DNA of 62,559 nt, filler included, from Globobulimina sp. (lineage: Eukaryota): the NCBI GenBank assembly GCA_003354225.1. It is 13 parts of 13 records of this genome, joined end to end, with 100 filler letters (N's around TTAATTAATTAA, not from the genome) between each part and the next. Parts side by side here need not be neighbours in the genome. Positions count along the whole stretch, not along the records: positions 53,038 to 57,749 come from PIVH01000980.1; positions 57,850 to 62,559 come from PIVH01000981.1; 11 more parts are not named here. One strand, given 5' to 3'. Shown here in pieces: positions 54,138 through 62,559 of the stretch. The notes beneath the pieces are model-generated. The model worked only from the letters and a program-made list of their open reading frames with translations. It made no database searches and was not told the origin of the DNA. A program made the translations under genes and the position numbers. Each line of letters opens with the position of its first letter. Position 1 is the stretch's first letter.

Positions 54138-56470
54138 TTATTTTTTGATCCAATTTTCATCATCGTTTGGAGGCTCACCATTATCAGCATACAATTGCTT
54201 AATGTTATCAACATATTTTCTTAATAACTGTGGTCTTTTTTTCTTAAATGTAGGTGTCATCAAATCATTATTCACATTAAATCCTTGCAATAAATCATCA
54301 ATCTCAAACTCCAAATAAATATCTTTGATTCTTTCAAATCTTTTTAACGTTTCTTCATACTGTTTAATATCAGCCATAATTAATTGTTTGCACAAATCCT
54401 GATTTTTCTCCCCAATTTCTTTAAATCTCTGCGCATATTCATTGGTCGCAACCTGTAGTTTGCAATCATCCGCACTCCACAACTTATTTTCTTTCAACGC
54501 CTCGACCAATATTTGTGCATCCGGCACAACGATGGCAACAATAAAAGATTTATACGGATTGCCATAAATCCAGATTTGTCCAACTAACCCAGCTCTTAAA
54601 TACGTATTCTCCACCTTTTCAGATGCAATGTATTCGCCAATCGACGTCTTAAACAAATTCTTCCTCCGATCAATGATAGACACTGTACCATTTGGGTTAA
54701 ATCTGCCAATATCACCCGTCGAAAACCAGCCAGTCTCTTTGTCCAACACTTTATTCGTCGCTTCCTCATCCTTATAATAGCCACGCATTAGATTTGCGCC
54801 CCTTATTTGTATCTCGCCCCTCATGTATGGCTCATCAGTGGTTAAATAGCCACATTCCACTGCATCGACCAAGCGAACCTCCGTCACATCCACGGGCGGC
54901 CCCACGTGTCCTAAGGAAATGTCGTCTAAGTCGGCCAGTGTGGCGGTGGCGCAGCTTTCCGTCAAACCATAGCCTTGCTGCACACCGGAGAGTGGCAATA
55001 TAATCCGTAAGAATTCAGCCAAATGCGGAGCCAACGGTGCTGCTCCGGATATTGTGATACGGACACGGTCAAATCCGATTTCTTGACCAACGGAGTTCCA
55101 CACATACTTGTCATAAAAACTATTTCTTTTCCCATAGCGGATCTGTTTGGAGGACGCTTCCTGAGCTGATCCTATCAACCATTTCTTTATTGAACCGAAT
55201 TTGGATACTTTTAACTTAAATTTCTCATAAGTTTTAGTGAAAACACGTGGTACTCCTGTTTAGCAAGCAAAAAGTAACAAAAATATGCAATTGTGAGCTA
55301 AAAACGTTTCTGAAACAAATGTACATACCAACTAAGACCGTGGGTCGAATATCTTTCCAATCCTGGCCAATTAAGCGAATATTGCCTTGATAGTATGCCA
55401 CTTTGGCGCCGTGTGCAGAGATAAAAGCCATGATACTAGCTTCCAGTATGTGCGCTAATGGTAAATAAGAACAATAGATGTCATTTGGTGATACCTGGCA
55501 ATGCCGCGAACCCGTCGCCACCGCCGATGCAAATGCTTCATGTGCTAAAACAACGCCCTTTGGGTTGCCAGTGGTCCCCGACGTGTACATAATATATGCA
55601 ATATCATCCTTTTTGGGCAGATTTTTATCACAGAACTGCTCCAATACAGCCTTCCCTTTCTCCAATACTTGACTTAATCCAATTAGCTCGCATCCAAACT
55701 CTTGTTCTGCAATTTTCATATCATCGTTGTTTACCTTTTCATGGCTGTTTCCATATCGTTCATCATAATCAATTTGAACAATATACTTCACCGAAAATGC
55801 ATTTTCTGCTTCTTTCTCCTCAGAGATGTTCCTTTTCACATCACGCAACGCAGCAAATAAGGTTTTTAATTTACTTTTCTCGGTCACGATAACCTGTGGA
55901 TGGCAGTAAAATGAATCCTTGCACTCAAAAAAACAAAGTAGTACTTACGGGGACTTGCGCGTGATGTACAATGTAAGCCACCGCGTCAGGGCCCAATGTG
56001 TCATATAATGCGGCAGTGCGAAAGGTTTGCGATAGATTCCCCAAATGCGACACATACCATTCTGGTCGGTTTGTGCTAAATAAACCAATGTTAGACTCAT
56101 CCACGATGCCTAATGCACGTAAGCCACAGCCAAAGGCGATGGCGTAATCTCCAAAATCTTTATAGCTGATCCACTGATATGCACCGCGTTTAGTGGCGTC
56201 ATTGTCAGCATCGGTCCAGGGACGGAAACCGGTGTAATCTTTGGCTGCATGGTTTTTGTATGATGTGTGGAATAATTTCCATGCAGTGTCTAATTCACTT
56301 TTTTCATCGTCGACGAGGCAACCTAGTAAGCCGTCTTTTGCACGGAGATTACGGAGGACTTTAGTTGCGCCTTTTTCTTCAGTGCCATCAATCAATATTC
56401 CGCGCACTTCTTTGGTTTCGAGCAATTGATGTTGATATCCTTTCCATTCTTCGGAATTGCCTTGGCCCAT
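54138..56470 (-). CDS. ACSL: Long-chain acyl-CoA synthetase; introns 55894-55948 and 55256-55328
   Basis: LYDTLG, YTSGTTGNPKG, SYLPLAHI, GVPR, QGYGLTE, TGDIG, IIDRRKNLFK..GEYI, MTPTFKKKR. MGQGNS is a myristoylation-type start. Confidence 0.95.
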
Positions 56471-56617
56471 TCTTCAAATTGTATGAACTTCGGCTTGTAG
56501 CATGCAGTGATGAAAACGGACGGTTTTGGTTGTATATTGAAAGGTTTTTTAGTCTTTGGTCCTCCAAGATATCCAAAGTCAGATCATCGGTTCGTGCGAA
56601 GCAAAAAACTCTATACA

Positions 56618-57251
56618 ATGCCAGAGAAAAAATTTGATGCAGGAGGGGATGCTGATGCTGCAGCAGGACATGTAAAATCAGACACACTTCGAGAAAGGAT
56701 GCGTACCCGCGAAGAAGAATTAATATATGATGCATCATCAAGAGGGTCATGCTATCATTGTATTCGTGTGTTATGGTGTGGCTGTTGGGAGCCATATGCG
56801 CATATTACAACAAAATATGTAAAAGAAGATCGATGGGAAGGCTGTGCAAAAAGAAGTGATTCAATGGCTTTTGAAAACATTCAAGACGTCAGACGACAAC
56901 AAACATGTTGCTGTTTAATGGCAAGGTATCGATACGCATATTCGCATATATCTGATATGAAATATATTAAAAATATATAGTTTTGCTCCGTGTTGTTGTT
57001 GTATTAATGATATGGGCGATATTGTGTTATTTGGAAGTGATGCATCAGAGAAAAAGAAACGAGATTCACAAAAAGATGTTGGTAAAGTGAAGGCGATCCA
57101 ACAGACTGAACCGGATAAGTGGGTTCTAAAACGTGTATCGGACTCATTTAATACTTTTGAAAAAATTACGGGTCATTTACAAGAGATACATGCGGATTGG
57201 AGAAAATTGGGAAGGAATTTACAACGAAAAATACATCAAGTAAGAGAGTAA
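56618..57251 (+). CDS. Small Cys-rich protein with possible bacterial-PH-like fold; intron 56926-56980
   Basis: A phase-2 intron joins the ORFs: ITTKYV..FENIQDVRRQQTCCCLMAS|FAPCCCCINDMGDIVLFGSD. Confidence 0.55.
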
Positions 57252-57398
57252 ATAATCAATCATTTTTCTTTTGTTATATAATGTCTTTTGTATTGTTTTT
57301 GACGGCTTGCCTTTGTTTGGATGACCACTACAAAAAAAAGAATGTTTCTATAGTTTTGAAGAAATTCCACAGTGTCAAATCTCATCTAGTTTCCAAGC

Positions 57399-57749
57399 AT
57401 GTCTTCATTAACACGTTTTTACTGTGCATATATGGAGATACAACAAAGAATAAAAGAAAGTTATTATCACATTGCAGACGACCAAGAACCTATCACTTCA
57501 TTCAACCAATTTGAATCAAAACTTAAAGCAAGCCCATACCGTTCAGCATTTTCGACATATGCGGTGAATGATGACAATGAATTAGCCATTCGTTTCGCAG
57601 ACGAAGCAAAAGTTGGGATACAAACAATCAAAGAATTTTGCCAAATATTGGAAGAACATAACATACCTAAAGCTATTCTTATTTATCCAGATGTATTAAC
57701 CAGCCACGCACAATATGCAATACATAAAATATCAGAAAATATTAAAATT
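57399..57749 (+). CDS. RPB5-like RNA polymerase subunit N-terminal domain, divergent, 3'-partial
   Basis: FADEAKVGIQTIKEFC..LEEHNIPKAILIY..LTSHA resembles RPB5 FPEEPKVGIKTIK.YC..M.EENITRALIV..MTPSA. Confidence 0.75.
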
Positions 57750-57849
57750 NNNNNNNNNNNNNNNNNNNNNNNNNNNNNNNNNNNNNNNNNNNNTTAATTA
57801 ATTAANNNNNNNNNNNNNNNNNNNNNNNNNNNNNNNNNNNNNNNNNNNN

Positions 57850-59693
57850 GCAAACAGACAGAAGAGAAACGAAGATTTCTAATTTTAGGTAAATACCTTA
57901 CATAGTGCAATAATAATAATATGTTGATAAGATATTTCAAATTCAGCTACTGATGAAATGGGTCTCTACTTAAACGGAGAAGCAAGAGATTCTAAGGATT
58001 GGGAGTTCAAGCGATTAATATACAACAGCTGTTTCAGTGGTACTGATATAGATTCTGAAAGAATGAAAGGCACCAGTAGAATCAATAAGGTACAGCTCTG
58101 ATTAATATAATAGCATAAGTAAACTCAAAAAAGTACTTTAGGTTCAGATAAAAAATCCTCACCTTAGCATTATCGGAATGACCCAACCAAATCCAGTGTT
58201 TGATTGGATTAGAACTGTTTCAGCCAACAATGATGGACTTCTAGACAGGTATGCTGTTATAGTTGCTGAATTTTACTTTTAAATTTTATCAAAACATAAA
58301 AAGATATAAGTGGTGACATAAACTACCGAGACAGAAACAAGTATGACACCATTGAATATACTTTATGACTATCAATACTATACATAGGTATCTCATCTGG
58401 GTAGTAACTGAGCAGAGCCCAGAAGAAGTCACGTTTGAGGAAGAAGTTGAATTGGCACTTGACTGGCCTACACAATGCCTCCTTATGACCTCAAAATATC
58501 ATATTTCAAACCCACAGAAACAATATGCAATACCATTGGAATTGTACAAAAAAATCCATGAACTTGAGACGAAAAATAGCAGAATTTGTGCTGAGCAGTG
58601 GAATGAATATTTGAAATTACTCGCTGATGGTAAAGAGGAAGAAGCTGTTGTCTTGGGAAGAAGTAAACATATTCAATTTTCAAGGGTATGCATTCACTAT
58701 ATGTATCTAATCATTTCTTAAAATTCATATGTATATTTTAGTTCTCTGAGTTAGTAATTCGTTTTTCTGTTGGGCTACACATTGGGCTCTATGCGATGAA
58801 ACAGTTTTTCAATTGTAATGCCATAGGTAAGAAGCCAGTCTTTGTCGGCTAATAGTCTATCATATACCCCTTTATCTAGGCAACATACCAACTAATATTA
58901 GTGAAACAACTGTTGATTTTGCAATGACGTCAGTTGAACGCTGCATCAAACAAGTTCGAGACTTTCAAAATGCTGCTACAAGAATTTCTTCCAAGCCAGT
59001 TCAAGCAGAAAAAAACATAGAAAAACAAAAGTAGATAATTTCTAACAATTCATTTAACAATGACTACTTCAGCAATACATATTTGCATACAATTCTTCGG
59101 TTACAGATACAAAACTGGGAAAGCAGAACTGAAAACCCGCAAATTACATGCATCTGTGTTTGGTGTTGGGTTTAACAAGGACCTGTTGAAGTAAGAGTAT
59201 ATGAGCTTATCCGTTTTTGACTGTTTGCATAAATTTATCCCTCACTTTAGGACAGTTGCAACTTTTCCAGCTGCTTTCTTTGTTCCTAAAGCTATTTATC
59301 GCTTCAGCAGAAACTTTAGTGCAAAGGAAGTTTTTGAGATAATTAGTATTGTCAGTGATCAACACAGCAAATGGTTTTTGGGTAAAACAGTGAAAATCAA
59401 ACCTAATAAGAATGCAAAACGTTCATATGAAGTATTCTTTCGAGCTCCATACTACAAAGTTGATAATAATCTGCTGCATGAATTTGGTATCAATAGTGAA
59501 GAAGAGTGAGTAAAAATAATATGCATATACAAATTACAATTTATGTTATCTTATCAGATACCAAACTCTGGTTAATGGTGAGGTTGGCAGTGAAACCTGT
59601 CATATTCGAAAAGCGGTGGAATCAAAAACCACAAAATGGACAGAATTTGAGCATGCTTGCATGATCAATAAGCCAACATTCGAAGATACTTGA
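57850..59693 (+). CDS. DUF3987 (YfjI-like) P-loop ATPase/helicase, 5'-partial, 8 introns
   Basis: Introns 57889-57946, 58090-58141, 58249-58387, 58686-58741, 58827-58879, 59031-59106, 59191-59250 and 59506-59557 give one frame: LILATDE..ERMKG..IKNPHLSIIGMTQP..DGLLDRYL..IRFSVGLH..ISETTVDFAM. Confidence 0.75.
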
Positions 59694-62559
59694 ATATATC
59701 AAACACACAGATTGTGATGTCTTTTTTGACTTCGATCACATGTTATGTGGTGATGCTGTGCTCTTGTACGACTTGCTTAATATTGGTTTTTTGTGTACTG
59801 GTAGTTGGTACTTCAACAAGGAATAAAGCATAAACAGTTGTCCTTTGTTCGTTGGGTGTTTTTTGAGAATTGGGCTGCTTGCAGGTCATTGCAGTTCCAA
59901 GTTCGTTTATTTTATCATACACTCTAATAATGTTTAACCAAACAATAGGCAATCTCTTCCAAAGACAGAAAGTGCAACACTATTCAAATATTACTGATAA
60001 TGTTTTAAGTTGAAGAGGTTCGGTTAATGCACTTGCTGTTTTACCTATATGATGTCAGGACTAAGTTTTTACTATTTAAAATCTCAAAAATGGTTGTCCG
60101 ACCATGTTATACTGTTAAAATATCTAAATGGAGATGGAGCTAATTTTGTACTATAACATTCGTCTCTTGTCTCTGCTTTGTCTTCTGAAGATCGATATCT
60201 AATTTGAACTATGATAATGATGTTGTGATATGACACAACATATATGTTGACTTCCCTGTTTGATTAGATTCAAAGGTGTAAGAAGAATAGCTCTTATGTT
60301 ATGTGATTTATGATGTGGCTTTTCTGCTTATCTTCTGAAGATCGCACATGAAAGAGGAGTATTTAATGAATTTTCATGTAATTAAACAATTTTATTTACA
60401 ATTTCGTATGGTTGGACTGGGAGCTAGTATGCGTGTGAAATTGTACATTGCAATGACCTGCTTTGTTTGTACCATGCCTTCCTTATTGTTTGCTTGTTTA
60501 GGAGTTAGTACTTGATCAAATCAGGTTAAAAAATAAAATCAAAATCAAAAATCAAAACCAAATCAGCTAGTTTTAAAACCATTTAATTTACATAGTGGTG
60601 TTGTATTTCCTTGGTTTGGCATGATATTTATATATTTATATTCATGACTTGCGAGAATGTTACACACATGTGGATGTTTGTACAGCATGCGGATTCTTCC
60701 TCTGGATATTCCAGTTGACTGTTGTTTTAGTATGTTTGGACAAATAGAGCATTTAACATCATGCAATCTACCCATTATAAAAAATCAGTACTTCAACTAT
60801 CAATCTCACTGGTAGTTTGATATCGTGTCACTTTATCCAAACGTTAAATTTTGTTACTTTTTGTTTGTATTTTTACCGTTTTTCATTTTGCATCACAAAT
60901 AATATTAACCATATTAGGTTCCTTTCCTTAACATACAAAACCACAATCATGGACTATTTGAAGTATTCATCAAGTGCTAACAAAGAAAGCTGACCTGATT
61001 CCTGCAAACAATGAGAGGCAGTATGTAATTTTGTGATCAGTAGTAACGCGGACTAGGAGTTCTGAATTTGATGATCGCTAATTCAGTAAATAAGTTAAAA
61101 TCGGAAGAAAATATATCATTATTAATTATGTATTACCATTGGTAAGAACTTGTCCAGGATTAGAAAGTGTCATGCACTATTTTACTTAACTATAATATGA
61201 AGCATATATGGCAAGTAGATTTTTCTTCAATTTAGTAACCATGTTTTTATTATTAGATACAAAAAGTGATGTTCAATTTAAAAATAACACGAAAACCTAC
61301 ATATGCTTTAAAAAGTAAGATTGTCAAGCCAGACGGCATAGATATTATTATTTTTAAAATTGATGCCTGCTTCTTCTTGAATGAATAATGTTAAATGAAC
61401 AACTTTCTGTTGTCTCAACTTTTCTTTCTGTTGACTGTTCCACTAGTTATTGTAAGCCTTTTATAAACAAAATATTAATACAGTCCTTACAAAACCAATT
61501 AACAACAGTAGAAATGTGAGGGTACGGTTTTTCAAAATCAATTACTATAAAGGTCTGATGCAAACACAACAAGCATGCCATCTTTGTTTGGACATATATT
61601 GAGAACTGAACCACTTTGCTGATCATTGTTGTTTGATTTTATGTCACCAAAACTCACTATAGGAAAGAACATAATGAAAGCAGGAGGATACAATATCGTA
61701 ATCACCAGGCCAATGTTGAACTTTAAGATGTGTAATATATGAATCTGCTGGTATGTTTTAGTTTAAGATGTTCAATATGTATATCGGCCAACTGTTTTTA
61801 CTATCTATATGATTAAAATAGATTTACCAGAAAAACACAGAAGTTTAATATTTGTACTGTAGCTCAAAGCAGTGAAACTATGTGAGAGTAAGCACAGTTA
61901 TTAGTAGAACGAAAGTAGTAAATAAAAAATTGCACTCACTCATATATTACTATTCTATAATGGTAGGCTGACCAGTTATTCGGTCTAAAACACAAATTCT
62001 GTTTCAATCAACAGTTAATATTGGTCCTTTTATTGCTTTCCCATTTCAATTTATCTTATATTTTATTATGAGTACAAAATATCAGACATAGTTACTAGAT
62101 GAAAAAAAAAAAGAAATAGTCATAGTTAGCACTCAGTCCAATATAAAAGGGGTGAAAATTCTGCAGTAGCAACCAAGCTCTCGCAATCTACAAACTAACA
62201 ATAGCTTGTCTATCATAGACGTTGAACCTTTGTAGCAAGAAATTTTGAGATATTTGTCCTTACAAATTTTGGCTCTAATTGATTTTTGAGTTTTTGATAA
62301 TCAAATTGTTGGCATCTCAAAATTTGAGACAGACATTGAGAAATTAATAGAAGCAAAAAAAAAAATAGAATAGAATTAAATTGGTAGCTATTTAAAAATT
62401 AACTAAGTATAACTCTTAATAACGTTTGGTGATTCCTTAGTCATCTCTTTAGCCATGGTTTCCTCTTTGTTCACCTCTTCAGATGTTGATGCCTCTTTGT
62501 ATGAAAAAGATGAAAAAACAAAAAAAAAATCATCAAAATACCCAACATAGTCTTTTAAA

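Noticed and set aside
1-62559. rRNA, tRNA, CRISPR arrays or prokaryotic operons
   Set aside because: None recognised by eye. Bacterial-like genes carry spliceosomal introns or targeting peptides. A covariance-model scan was not possible.

Overview
The window is not one locus. It is 13 unrelated contigs of about 4.7 kb, in descending size order, joined by 12 identical artificial linkers (44 N + TTAATTAATTAA + 44 N), so synteny only has meaning within a contig. Contigs 1-12 (1-57749) look like an AT-rich, very gene-dense protist nuclear genome with the standard code and short GT-AG introns (about 50-170 nt). The gene families (PT-repeat surface proteins, ADP-ribosyltransferase-like proteins, 7TM-RGS, PITH, beta-helix proteins) suggest a foraminiferan or other rhizarian; this is inference from recall, not a search. 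Recognisable genes include two long CRE-clade (RLE-type) non-LTR retrotransposon ORFs, H2A.X with a histone stem-loop, a mitochondrial CoA-transferase, ACSL, a LigB/DODA dioxygenase, a CBAH/penicillin V acylase-family hydrolase, a 2OG-Fe(II) oxygenase, DUF1152, TRP and MscS-like channels, a RhoGEF, and EMC1-like, RPB5-like and E2 genes. Main signals: (1) most longer introns fold back on long inverted repeats, and two introns of one gene are copies of the same inverted-repeat element (introner/MITE-like); (2) a PITH-UBA ORF overlaps the 5' end of a CRE retroelement; (3) a small secreted histidine-brace-like protein; (4) an arylsulfatase reduced in frame to its two termini; (5) a DUF3987-like ATPase with 8 introns on contig 13, which may come from another organism. 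All exon structures were inferred by eye.
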